This document shows positions 8,456-17,557 of a stretch of DNA of 64,000 nt, piece after piece. The first letter of the stretch is position 1, and every line of letters begins with the position of its first letter. A model generated the notes under the pieces. The model did not search any database. It worked only from the letters and a program-made list of their open reading frames with translations, and was not told the DNA's origin. The translations under genes were made by a program, and so were the position numbers. This DNA is from Clostridia bacterium (GTDB lineage: Bacteria > Bacillota > Clostridia > Christensenellales > CAG-314): positions 85,177 to 149,176 of the forward strand of contig JAQVMT010000002.1 in assembly GCA_028703495.1 (NCBI GenBank), written 5' to 3'.

Positions 8456-9691
8456 ATGGAAGGACTTAAGGGAGCTTTGTTGTTCGGACAGTCGGGGGGG
8501 CCGACTGCGGTAATTAACGCAAGTGCGTTGGGCGTATTCGAGGAAGCTTTAAAAAACGGCGCTGTTACAAAGGTTTTCGGTGCTTGCCACGGCATAAAGG
8601 GAGTTTTAGACGACAAGCTTGTGGATATCGGCACAGAAGACGCATCGGAGCTTCGATTATTAATACAAACGCCATCGTCAGCGTTAGGCAGTGTGCGCTA
8701 CAAGCTAGCCAATCTCAACGATGACGACAGGGATTATAAAAGGATTCACGAGATTTTCGCAAAATACGATATCCGATTTTTCCTATATAACGGCGGTAAC
8801 GACAGTATGGATACCTGCAATAAAATCAGCAAGTATCTAAGCTCGGTTAATTATGCCTGCAATGTTGTCGGCGTCCCAAAGACAATCGACAACGATCTTT
8901 ACGGAACCGATCACTGCCCGGGTTACGGCTCCGCCGCTAAGTACATTGCGACAACCTGTATGGAGATTGCTTTGGATTCAAAGGTTTACGACAAGGGCAG
9001 TATTGCGGTTATAGAGATTATGGGAAGACATGCGGGTTGGCTCACTGCTGCTTCAGCTGTGGCAAGCTATCGCGGATTAGGTCCCGATTTGATTTATTTG
9101 CCCGAAACGCCCTTCGATGTTGAGTCTTTTTTGGACGAGGTTTACGACACATACAGACAAAAGGGCAATTGCATTGCCGCTGTCAGCGAGGGAATTTGCG
9201 ACGAAAGCGGTAAATATATCGCCGAATATGCCTTTGAGAACGCAGAAAGGGATAGCTTTAATCATATTCAGCTTGGCGGCGTAGGCAATTATTTGGGCGG
9301 AAGAATTAAGTCCAAAACAGGTGTGAAGGTACGCCCTATCGAGTTTAGTCTTATGCAAAGGTGCGCGGCGCACATTGCCAGTAAAACCGACGTAGAAGAA
9401 GCGTACGAAGCGGGAGCGCAGGCTGTACGCTCGGCTGTGGTCGGAAGTACGGACGTGATGATCGGATTCAGGCGTGCGGAAGGCGAAAACTACGTTTGCG
9501 AGTGTGTGGAGTTGCCCTTGAGTATTGTCGCAAATACGGAAAAAAAGGTGCCATTGGGATACATCACAGAAGGAAAACCATTTATAACCCCCGCATTTTT
9601 GGATTACGTCACACCTCTTATTCAGGGCGAGGTAAATATGAAATTCGAGGACGGTTTGCCACGCTTTGCCAAGTTGAATAAAAAACTATAA
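8456..9691 (+). CDS. pfp: 6-phosphofructokinase-family enzyme with pyrophosphate-dependent signatures (PPi-PFK)
   Basis: GQSGGPTAVINAS N-terminus. GGNDS (Asp rather than the Gly of ATP-PFK GGDGS) and PKTIDND (Lys rather than the Gly of ATP-PFK) are the residues classically associated with PPi use. Confidence 0.75.
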   Translation: MEGLKGALLFGQSGGPTAVINASALGVFEEALKNGAVTKVFGACHGIKGVLDDKLVDIGTEDASELRLLIQTPSSALGSVRYKLANLNDDDRDYKRIHEIFAKYDIRFFLYNGGNDSMDTCNKISKYLSSVNYACNVVGVPKTIDNDLYGTDHCPGYGSAAKYIATTCMEIALDSKVYDKGSIAVIEIMGRHAGWLTAASAVASYRGLGPDLIYLPETPFDVESFLDEVYDTYRQKGNCIAAVSEGICDESGKYIAEYAFENAERDSFNHIQLGGVGNYLGGRIKSKTGVKVRPIEFSLMQRCAAHIASKTDVEEAYEAGAQAVRSAVVGSTDVMIGFRRAEGENYVCECVELPLSIVANTEKKVPLGYITEGKPFITPAFLDYVTPLIQGEVNMKFEDGLPRFAKLNKKL

Positions 9692-9703
9692 GAGGGAACA
9701 AAA

Positions 9704-10006
9704 GTGAATAAATTGGTTTTTTCATTAATTACCATTTTGCTTATATTGGCGCTTGCCACATCGATATCGGTAGGACATGTTGCATATGCGGAGGAGTATC
9801 TTCCCGATGATCCTATCGATGAAGGCGACGTGCTTGGGGATAAAATTCAACATGAAGAAAGCGGTAACGACATTTGGGACTATGTGATAATCGGAGCAGT
9901 TTTTGCGGTCGTGATCGGGAGTATGTTTCTAACCAGATTTCTTTTGCGACACAAAAAGAAGTCGGAGCAGAGCGATTTGCAGTCCGAATCAAACGAAATT
10001 AAGTAG
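9704..10006 (+). CDS. Small secreted, C-terminally membrane-anchored protein, unknown function
   Basis: GTG start 4 nt after GAGGGAAC. It has an N-terminal signal-like helix (LVFSLITILLILALA), an acidic middle and a C-terminal TM helix (YVIIGAVFAVVIGSMFL) followed by a basic stop-transfer sequence. Confidence 0.4.
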   Translation: MNKLVFSLITILLILALATSISVGHVAYAEEYLPDDPIDEGDVLGDKIQHEESGNDIWDYVIIGAVFAVVIGSMFLTRFLLRHKKKSEQSDLQSESNEIK

Positions 10007-10056
10007 AGTTTAGCGAGCAATTGCGGTAATATTGCTTGCACAAGGAAAGATTAATT

Positions 10057-11751
10057 ATGGATTTTAAGAAACTGATAATAAACGAAATAAATTCCGACTG
10101 CATCGGCGCGGAGGAATTAAACACACTTCTTGTGGAGAACACCGATAAAGAGATGGGGGATTATGCATTGCCTTGCTTTAAATTGGCTAAACAGCTCCGC
10201 AAAAGCCCCGTTGCGATTGCCGAGGATATCTGCTCAAGTACCGCTACAGACGGTTTTATCAAGGAAGTTAGAGCAGTCAACGGATACGTGAACTTTTTCA
10301 TCGATGACAAAAAGCTCTGCGAGGATGTCATCGATGAGGTGGCTTCCGAAGGCGAGGATTACGGTCGAAGCAATCAAGGCAAGGGCAAAACCGTCTGCGT
10401 TGAGTACAGCAGCGTTAATATCGCAAAGCCCTTTCATATCGGGCATCTGGGAACGACAGCCATAGGCAGTGCGTTATATAAAATATACGACTTTTTAGGA
10501 TACAATATGGTCGGCATAAACCACTTAGGTGATTGGGGAACGCAATTCGGACGTATGATTGTTGCCTACAAACTGTGGGGCAATAAGGACGAAGTGGACA
10601 GAGAAGGCGTAAAAGCGTTGGCAAAGTATTACACTCGCTTCCATGTTGAAGTCGAGAATCATACCGAGCTTGCCGACGAGGCGCGTGAATGGTTTAAGAG
10701 AATCGAGCAGGGAGATGCGGAAGCTACGGCGTTATTCAATTATTTCAAGGAGATAACTTTAAAGGACGTCGGAGAGGTTTACGACAGATTGAATGTCAAG
10801 TTCGACAGTTGGCTGGGAGAAAGCTTTTACAGTGATAAGATACCCGCGGTTTTGGAGGATTTGAGAGCAAAGCACCTAACGAAAATCAGCGACGGTGCGG
10901 AGTTAGTGGACTTGTCGGATTATAATATGCCTCCCTGTTTGATTGTCAAGCAGGACGGAGCGACGCTGTACGCCACAAGGGACATAGCTGCTGCGCATTA
11001 CAGAAAAGAGACGTATAATTTCTTTAAATTGCTTTATGTCGTCGCATATCAGCAGAATCTCCACTTTAAGCAGTTTTTTAAGGTGTTGGAGCTTGAAGGG
11101 TGTGATTGGGTGAAGGATATGGTACACGTATCCTACGGTATGGTATCGCTTGCCGACGGTGCAATGAGTACCAGAAAAGGCAACGTTGTTTGGCTTGTGG
11201 ACGTATTAGACAAGGCGGTGGAAAAGGCAAAATCAATTATCGATGAAAAGAACCCGTCATTGCCAGATAAGGACGAGGTGGCAGAGGCGGTAGGCGTAGG
11301 AGCGGTAATTTTCTCCGCTGTCAGCAACGCAAGAATCAAAGATATTGTGTTCAGCTTCGATAGGGTTTTGAGCTTTGACGGTGAGACCTCGCCATATTTG
11401 CAGTATACGCATGCCCGTTGTTGCAGCCTTTTCGAAAAGGCACAAACCGCATACGATGGCATTACTCCCGATTATTCTTCTGTCAATAACGCTTCTGCTA
11501 AGGAGTTGGCAATCGCGATAAACTCATTTCCTGCCGTGATCGACGACGCAGCCCAAAAATACGAACCTTGTATTATCAGCAAGTACTTGATCGACGTTGC
11601 GCAGCTGTTCAATAGATTTTATATGGACAACCGAATAATCACTGAAAATGCCGCCCAAACAAAAGCACGGCTTCAGCTTGTTAAATGCACTAAAATTGTA
11701 TTGAGCAACGGACTCAAACTGCTGGGTATTTGTCCCGTTGAAAAAATGTAG
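10057..11751 (+). CDS. argS: Arginine--tRNA ligase
   Basis: Class I aaRS. SSVNIAKPFHIGHL is the HIGH-type motif, MSTRKG the KMSKS-like motif, and the C-terminal anticodon-binding domain ends ...VEKM. Start moved to MDFKK after AAGGAAAG. Confidence 0.9.
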   Translation: MDFKKLIINEINSDCIGAEELNTLLVENTDKEMGDYALPCFKLAKQLRKSPVAIAEDICSSTATDGFIKEVRAVNGYVNFFIDDKKLCEDVIDEVASEGEDYGRSNQGKGKTVCVEYSSVNIAKPFHIGHLGTTAIGSALYKIYDFLGYNMVGINHLGDWGTQFGRMIVAYKLWGNKDEVDREGVKALAKYYTRFHVEVENHTELADEAREWFKRIEQGDAEATALFNYFKEITLKDVGEVYDRLNVKFDSWLGESFYSDKIPAVLEDLRAKHLTKISDGAELVDLSDYNMPPCLIVKQDGATLYATRDIAAAHYRKETYNFFKLLYVVAYQQNLHFKQFFKVLELEGCDWVKDMVHVSYGMVSLADGAMSTRKGNVVWLVDVLDKAVEKAKSIIDEKNPSLPDKDEVAEAVGVGAVIFSAVSNARIKDIVFSFDRVLSFDGETSPYLQYTHARCCSLFEKAQTAYDGITPDYSSVNNASAKELAIAINSFPAVIDDAAQKYEPCIISKYLIDVAQLFNRFYMDNRIITENAAQTKARLQLVKCTKIVLSNGLKLLGICPVEKM

Positions 11752-11869
11752 CCGTTTTTTATTAAGCGCAATAGTATAGCAATATAAATTAAAATAGCGG
11801 CTTAATCATCGATTGAAATTTGTTATACTCGATGAAGTTATTAATTATGGCACTGCCCAAAAGATAAAG

Positions 11870-13015
11870 CTACACGCAATATTTCTTAACGATTTGCTTG
11901 AGCGCGACGGTTAGTCTTTTCACGTAAGCAGGCGGTGTAAGCCCGCTTAGCGAAATTCGGACAAGCCCTGTTTCTGCCGTTCCCAAATGCCTGTGAATCA
12001 ATGGAGCGCAATGTAATCCGCCGCGTACCTCGATGTCGTATTTTTTGTCGAGTATGTCCGCCACTACGTTGCTGTCTAAATTTCCTATGCTTATGCTGAC
12101 GATACCCGAGCGATTCATAGGAACGCTTTTTAATACTATGTCGGGCATAGTATTTATAAATTCCAACAAATAAGCTTGTATTTGCAGAATATTTTGCGAA
12201 AGCACCTTCCGATATGTAAGCCACCATTTTAAAGATTCGCCTAAGGCGACAATACCCGAGATATTGAGAGTGCCGCTCTCCAGTGCTTCGGGCAGTTCTT
12301 TTGGCTGGGTAAGCAGTTGGCTTTGGGTACCGGTTCCACCGAAGATAATCGGATTTACAGCGACTCCTTTTCTAACTAAAAGACAACCCAAGCCCGTAAG
12401 CCCCATAAGTCCTTTATGGGCGGGGATAGCCAAGAGGTCGACGTTGGCTTCGTCCATAGCCACAGGAAGGTGACCTGCGCTTTGTGCGGCATCTACGATG
12501 AAGCGAAGATTGTGTTCTTTGGTTATTTTTCCTATGCTTTCAATATCGTTTACCGCGCCCGTAACGTTGCTAACGTGTGTTAATACGACGATCGTGGTTT
12601 GTGGCAATATTGCTTGTTCCACGCTTTTTGGGTTAATTGAACCGTTTTCCTCGGGTTCCAACAGGGTCAAAGTGATGGTTCCTTTTTTTTCGGCTTCGCA
12701 TAGAGGTCGAAGCACGGAATTATGCTCCATAACCGAGCTTATGACGTGGCAGTCTTGAGTGATACTGCCGCTTATCGCGTAATTAAGTGCGTTTGTACAA
12801 CCTCCTGTAAAAACAGTAGTTCCTTCTGAAAGTCCCATACTGTCTGAAATGAGCTTTCGAATGTCGGCAATCAAGCAATTAAGACCGACTGCTCTTTCAT
12901 ATCCCCCTCGCGAGCTGTTGACGTTGACATACCTATGCAGATTAAACAACCCGTCGAATACCGCTTGCGGCTTAATACCGCTTGTTGCGGCGTTATCCAA
13001 ATATATTTTTTCCAT
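11870..13015 (-). CDS. Class V aminotransferase-fold PLP enzyme, SufS/CsdA-type cysteine desulfurase or selenocysteine lyase family
   Basis: IYLDNAATS N-terminus, PLP-lysine context AIPAHKGLMG, and C-terminal active-site Cys context RGGLHCAP (group II desulfurases). Start at ATG 13015, preceded by AAGGAG. Confidence 0.8.
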   Translation of the reverse strand: MEKIYLDNAATSGIKPQAVFDGLFNLHRYVNVNSSRGGYERAVGLNCLIADIRKLISDSMGLSEGTTVFTGGCTNALNYAISGSITQDCHVISSVMEHNSVLRPLCEAEKKGTITLTLLEPEENGSINPKSVEQAILPQTTIVVLTHVSNVTGAVNDIESIGKITKEHNLRFIVDAAQSAGHLPVAMDEANVDLLAIPAHKGLMGLTGLGCLLVRKGVAVNPIIFGGTGTQSQLLTQPKELPEALESGTLNISGIVALGESLKWWLTYRKVLSQNILQIQAYLLEFINTMPDIVLKSVPMNRSGIVSISIGNLDSNVVADILDKKYDIEVRGGLHCAPLIHRHLGTAETGLVRISLSGLTPPAYVKRLTVALKQIVKKYCV

Positions 13016-13622
13016 AATGCTCCTTAAACTTATTCGGTTCAAATATTGTAAATTTCATCGGCATGTATTTGGCCTGTTATCTAACAATTGCTCAACTTTA
13101 GCTCTGCTGTTTCCGTGTTTTTGTAAAGTCTTTCAATGATTATTCACTCGACAAAATGCATTCGAGAGCTACTTTATATTTTGTGTTCCCATTACTTTTA
13201 GGTGAGTAATCGGCAAGTATCCGCTTTGGTTCCTTCTGCCATATTTAACATCCATGCGTCGCGTAACCTTTTCGAAGGATATTCATAAAATACAACAGAG
13301 GTGTACTGTACGATGTCGTACAATATACTCTTTTATCGGGATAAGCAGCAGATGTATGAACGAAACGGCTATAATGCGTTAGGTAGGATGTACCCTATTA
13401 TCGGAATACTCAATCGCGCGAACATCCTTACGATTGCAGTTCTAACAAAAGCCAAATAGTCTTCTTTTTATTGTATGCCGAATAGGTGCTTTGGCTTTAC
13501 AAAAACAAAAAAATTGCAGATTGGACTACAGCGAATCGTTCCGATGACATTATGAAGTTTGATTTGCTGTCAATATAGCAAAAATGGCGAAAAACTTGTG
13601 ATATACTTTTGAGAGGAGTAAT

Positions 13623-13877
13623 ATGAATTATTGCATTGCAGTATTTTTATCGAGGTATGACGTTACGGCTTCCTTCGGAAAGCTTTACAGAAAGGGCATC
13701 AACTGTCGAATGATTGGCACGCCCGGAGGTGCAGGAGCAGGATGCGGAATCTGCATACAATTTAACTGCGCAGACAAGGAACTGGTTCGAACCGTTATCA
13801 GTAAGGAAAGCAGCACCTTTGCAGGCTTTTTCAACGTGTCGTTGGTAAACGGCAAGGTGTTGGTAACACGCGCATAA
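13623..13877 (+). CDS. DUF3343 (putative Se/S carrier-like) small protein
   Basis: 84 aa. IGTPGGAGAGCGICIQF matches the family hallmark (iPtP..is..CGlal.f). It is divergent from the class V PLP enzyme. RBS GAGAGGAG. Confidence 0.65.
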   Translation: MNYCIAVFLSRYDVTASFGKLYRKGINCRMIGTPGGAGAGCGICIQFNCADKELVRTVISKESSTFAGFFNVSLVNGKVLVTRA

Positions 13878-14114
13878 ATCGAATATATAGTACGTTTATG
13901 CAAGGCGCGTTAAGCGCGCGTTCAAACGAGCAAAGTAGGGTTGCATGTACACAGAATTCGGTTACATAAAGCGAACAACATGCTGCAAAGCGCGTGCTTA
14001 GCCACACGTTAGAAAGAATTGTAGGGTTCTTTAATGAATGCGCGAAATATCGTTTTTTCATTGTTCAACAAATAAGCATCGGGGTCGGAAATGTGCGTTT
14101 ATTATTGCAAAGGC

Positions 14115-14143
14115 TTGACAAAGGACTTTTATTCTGCTATTAT
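14115..14143 (+). promoter_or_regulatory. Candidate promoter for maf (TTGACA-N17-TATTAT)
   Basis: TTGACA at 14115-14120 and TATTAT at 14138-14143, about 35 nt upstream of the maf ATG. Confidence 0.4.
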
Positions 14144-14176
14144 TGGTATAAATTAACGTGGGAGAGTACGGTCTTT

Positions 14177-14767
14177 ATGAATATAGTACTTGCCTCCAAG
14201 TCGCCTAGGCGCGTGGAGCTATTGAGAACGCTGATAAAAGGCTTTGAGGTATGTCCGAGCGTGGCAGATGAAGTGATTACGTCATCTAATCCAGAAAGCG
14301 TTGTATGCGAGCTTGCGTTGAATAAAGCATCCGATGTTTTCCATTCTCATAATATGGGAGAGGATGTATTGATTATTGGCGCGGATACCATTGTGGTATC
14401 AGACGACAAAATAATCGGAAAGCCAAAGTCGCGTACGCACGCATTTGAGATGCTACGTGGCTTAAGCGGTCGCACTCACGAGGTATTTACGGGCGTTTGT
14501 TTATTAAAATCGGAGGCGGTAAATACTATAAGACGTTTGTTTTGTGTAAGAAGCGAGGTGTTATTTCGCACGTTAAGCGATGACGAAATCGAAAGATATA
14601 TAGACACGGGAAGTCCTTTTGATAAGGCGGGAGGCTATGGTATTCAAGATAGCGGATTTGTTGCGGATATTCGCGGTAGCTATACCAATGTAATGGGATT
14701 GCCGTTGGAGAGATTGAAGGAGGAGCTTGTTAATTGTGGAATCGATTTTAAGTCGACTCATGATTAA
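14177..14767 (+). CDS. maf: Maf-like nucleoside triphosphate pyrophosphatase (septum formation protein Maf)
   Basis: MNIVLASKSPRRVELL..., GADTIVV, GKP and KAGGYGIQ motifs. The ORF-track N-terminal extension (13994) has no homology logic. Confidence 0.85.
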   Translation: MNIVLASKSPRRVELLRTLIKGFEVCPSVADEVITSSNPESVVCELALNKASDVFHSHNMGEDVLIIGADTIVVSDDKIIGKPKSRTHAFEMLRGLSGRTHEVFTGVCLLKSEAVNTIRRLFCVRSEVLFRTLSDDEIERYIDTGSPFDKAGGYGIQDSGFVADIRGSYTNVMGLPLERLKEELVNCGIDFKSTHD

Positions 14768-14826
14768 ACTTGCTTTTAATTATGTGCTTGTCGAGTATAT
14801 GGCTTGCGCACCGAGGAGAGCGATAT

Positions 14827-15783
14827 ATGGCTTATGTGGAACTGGCGTTGGACATCGGCGCCGTCAACACTTATTTAGGATTTAGAAAAAACGATATAGC
14901 AAAAGCAGAAACGTCGGTTGTTGCTGTAAGCAGGGATAAAGGCGAAGTGCTTGCTGTTGGAAATGAAGCGGATAAGCTGTACAAGGAGAAGCCATATGAA
15001 ATAAAGTGCGTTTATCCTTTCAATGAAGGAACAGTTGTCGATTCCAAAATGGCTTTGGTATATTTACAGGGGATATTGGATAAATATGTGCGGAATAACG
15101 GTGTTGAGCCTCAAATTGCTGCCGTATGCTCGGTGTGCTGTGGGTGTGATGCCGATGTGCGAAAGAGTATTTGCGATGTGCTGGGAGAAGCAAAGATCGG
15201 ACCAATCAGCCTTATTGAAACACCGCTGTCTGCCTATAAAACTATACAACGGCAGTTTAACACGGGTGGCGGGATAATCGTTGATATTGGACACTCTAAA
15301 ACAGATATTGGACTTGTATATGACGGAAAAATGCTTAACGGCGCAACGCTGATGTTGGGATCAAAGCACATTGATATGGGCATAAGCATCATTGTTGAGG
15401 AACTGTTCGGCGCATCGATTTCTTTGGAAAAGGCAAGGTTTATTAAGGAGCATTGTGCCGGCTTGGTCCAAACCGACGGATCTGCAATTACTGTTGAGGG
15501 AAAAGACATAAAAACAGGAATGGAAAGAAGCGTTAAGGTTAAATCGTCGGATATTTACCCTGCAGTTTGCGATACAATAGGACATATTGCGCTGTGCGCA
15601 AATGCCGCGGTAAATTCAATTCCCGAGGACGCACGCGAAGCGGTGAGGAAACGAGGTGTTTTCCTCTGCGGGGGAGGCGCGAAGCTCGTTGGAATCGACA
15701 CTTTCATATCCGAGAGGCTGAATATGCCCGTAAGGATTCCGAAGAAATGTGATATGAGTACATTGTTTGGATTAATGCTGTAA
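14827..15783 (+). CDS. Divergent MreB/Mbl-family actin-like protein
   Basis: LDIGAVNT (phosphate 1), PFNEGTVVD, IVDIGHSKTDIGLV (phosphate 2) and LCGGGAKLVGIDTFISERLNMPV (adenosine) align by eye with MreB blocks but carry substitutions. It sits after maf, where mreB lies in Bacillus. Start at the ATG after GGAGAG. Confidence 0.6.
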   Translation: MAYVELALDIGAVNTYLGFRKNDIAKAETSVVAVSRDKGEVLAVGNEADKLYKEKPYEIKCVYPFNEGTVVDSKMALVYLQGILDKYVRNNGVEPQIAAVCSVCCGCDADVRKSICDVLGEAKIGPISLIETPLSAYKTIQRQFNTGGGIIVDIGHSKTDIGLVYDGKMLNGATLMLGSKHIDMGISIIVEELFGASISLEKARFIKEHCAGLVQTDGSAITVEGKDIKTGMERSVKVKSSDIYPAVCDTIGHIALCANAAVNSIPEDAREAVRKRGVFLCGGGAKLVGIDTFISERLNMPVRIPKKCDMSTLFGLML

Positions 15784-16013
15784 AAACGATTGATTTGTGT
15801 GCATTTGTTAGCTGAAGCCACTAGCTTTTTTATGCATCCAGGCGAATGTACCATTAGATTTTGGCGGGACTTAAGTGTGAACATGCACAAGTATTTGCTG
15901 TCGAATGATTTGGCACATATTTGGATATACAAGGTATGGTGTTGCCGAGGAAGTAAAGTAGTGATGTATCAAGTAATTGTTCATGGGTTACCTAAACCAC
16001 AATGAGGTTGGAA

Positions 16014-17489
16014 ATGAAAGGAAAGACGACCGAGGAATTTGATAATAGAATTAAAAAAGGATTTTGGGCGCTGATGTTGTTTGTCGCTTACGTTATCGTA
16101 ATGGCTATCTGCTACTTGGCGTTCTTTATGCATGCCAAAGAACTGTTGCTTTATACGGGTAATGTACCATTAAATTACGGGCATATTATTGGTTTCACGT
16201 TGTTGGTGATGCTTTTGTTCATCTTTTTTGGCATATACGTTTTTGCCGTTGCAAGGGATGTATTAGTATCACGCAGGAAAATATGTGCGCTGTTGAGTTG
16301 CTTAATAATCAGCTTCTCCTTAATGGTGTTGTTGATGAAAACCGTGGGCAGAAACGAGGTTTTGGGTAACAACAGCGTTTTTTTGGCACCTTTGGCACTT
16401 TGCACAATGTTGGTGGCATTGCTAATTGACAGGCGCTTAGCGTTGTTTTCAAATGTAATCGTCGTAATGATATTTTTCTTGGTCGAGAATCTTTTCGGCG
16501 AGCTATTCGATGCACTTGCTTTCTACCCTTTGGTTTGCGGTGTGTTGGTCGGAGTCGTCGCAAACTACAGAATCAACAAAGCGACTCGAAGAACAGATTA
16601 TGTTTTGATCGGATTATATACGGGGCTTTTGTCCGCGGCTGTAGCATTAACGGTTTACGCTTTATATAATAATGGTTTTGTAATCGAGCAGATGCTTTAC
16701 AGCGCGTTGTACGCTTTGTGCAGCGGCATATTGAGTACATTCCTCTTTTTCGTGCTTGTTCCACTGTTGGAGTGGGTATTTAACATTGTATCCGATATGC
16801 GGCTTGCTGAGTTGAACAGCTCCAACCAGCCCTTGTTGAAAAAGTTGATGAGAGAGGCACCGGGAACCTACCATCACTGCATTACAGTTGCTAATTATGC
16901 AGAGGCATGCGCAAGCGCGATAGGAGCCGATCCTTTCTTAGCCAGATGCGCGGGACTCTACCACGACATAGGAAAGCTCAAAGAGCCCGTCTATTTCGTG
17001 GAAAATCAAAACGATGTGAATCCTCACGATGATCTTACGCCCGAAGTAAGTGTTATGACCATCAAGCGGCACACTATGTACGGGTTGCAGATTGCAAACG
17101 AGTTTAGATTGCCAAAAGAGGTCAAACAAGCGATCGTCGAGCATCATGGTACGATGCCCATTTACTTCTTCTTGGCAAAAGCTCAAAAATTGACCGAGGG
17201 TAAGGTAAATGAGGGGGAGTACAGCTATAACGGAAGCACTCCTTCGAATAAAATTAGCGCAATTGTGATGATTGCGGATGCTTGCGAGGCTGCTCTTAAG
17301 TCACTTAAAAAGGAGGACAGCGGCGAAGCTATTAACATAGTTGATAAAATCGTAACGGACAGACTTAACAGAGGACAGTTTAATAGCTGCGACATAACAA
17401 TGAAGGAATTGGATACAATAAAAAAGACAATCATATCAACCTTTGTGGGAATCAAACACGAAAGGATTAAGTATCCGGGACAAAAATGA
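16014..17489 (+). CDS. 7TM-HD membrane phosphohydrolase (PgpH/YqfF-like, candidate c-di-AMP phosphodiesterase), short form
   Basis: Multiple N-terminal TM helices followed by an HD domain (HHCITVANYAE...GLYHDIGK...VEHHGT). It sits upstream of ybeY as yqfF does in Bacillus. Start at the second ATG, 8 nt after GAGG. Confidence 0.7.
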   Translation: MKGKTTEEFDNRIKKGFWALMLFVAYVIVMAICYLAFFMHAKELLLYTGNVPLNYGHIIGFTLLVMLLFIFFGIYVFAVARDVLVSRRKICALLSCLIISFSLMVLLMKTVGRNEVLGNNSVFLAPLALCTMLVALLIDRRLALFSNVIVVMIFFLVENLFGELFDALAFYPLVCGVLVGVVANYRINKATRRTDYVLIGLYTGLLSAAVALTVYALYNNGFVIEQMLYSALYALCSGILSTFLFFVLVPLLEWVFNIVSDMRLAELNSSNQPLLKKLMREAPGTYHHCITVANYAEACASAIGADPFLARCAGLYHDIGKLKEPVYFVENQNDVNPHDDLTPEVSVMTIKRHTMYGLQIANEFRLPKEVKQAIVEHHGTMPIYFFLAKAQKLTEGKVNEGEYSYNGSTPSNKISAIVMIADACEAALKSLKKEDSGEAINIVDKIVTDRLNRGQFNSCDITMKELDTIKKTIISTFVGIKHERIKYPGQK

Positions 17490-17557
17490 TGTTTATTCGT
17501 GCATATGGTATGCTATACGTTGCAAAGAATATTCGGCAGGAAAAGGGTTACAAATAA

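Noticed and set aside
12683-12690. Other A8/T8 homopolymers inside genes (12683-12690 in the class V PLP gene; 56244-56251 in yigZ) as slippage sites
   Set aside because: Unlike the dnaX tract, they have no positional logic. For the yigZ tract I checked the -1 frame, which runs about six sense codons before a stop; I did not check the PLP-gene tract. They do show that A-runs occur by chance in this genome, which tempers the dnaX interpretation.
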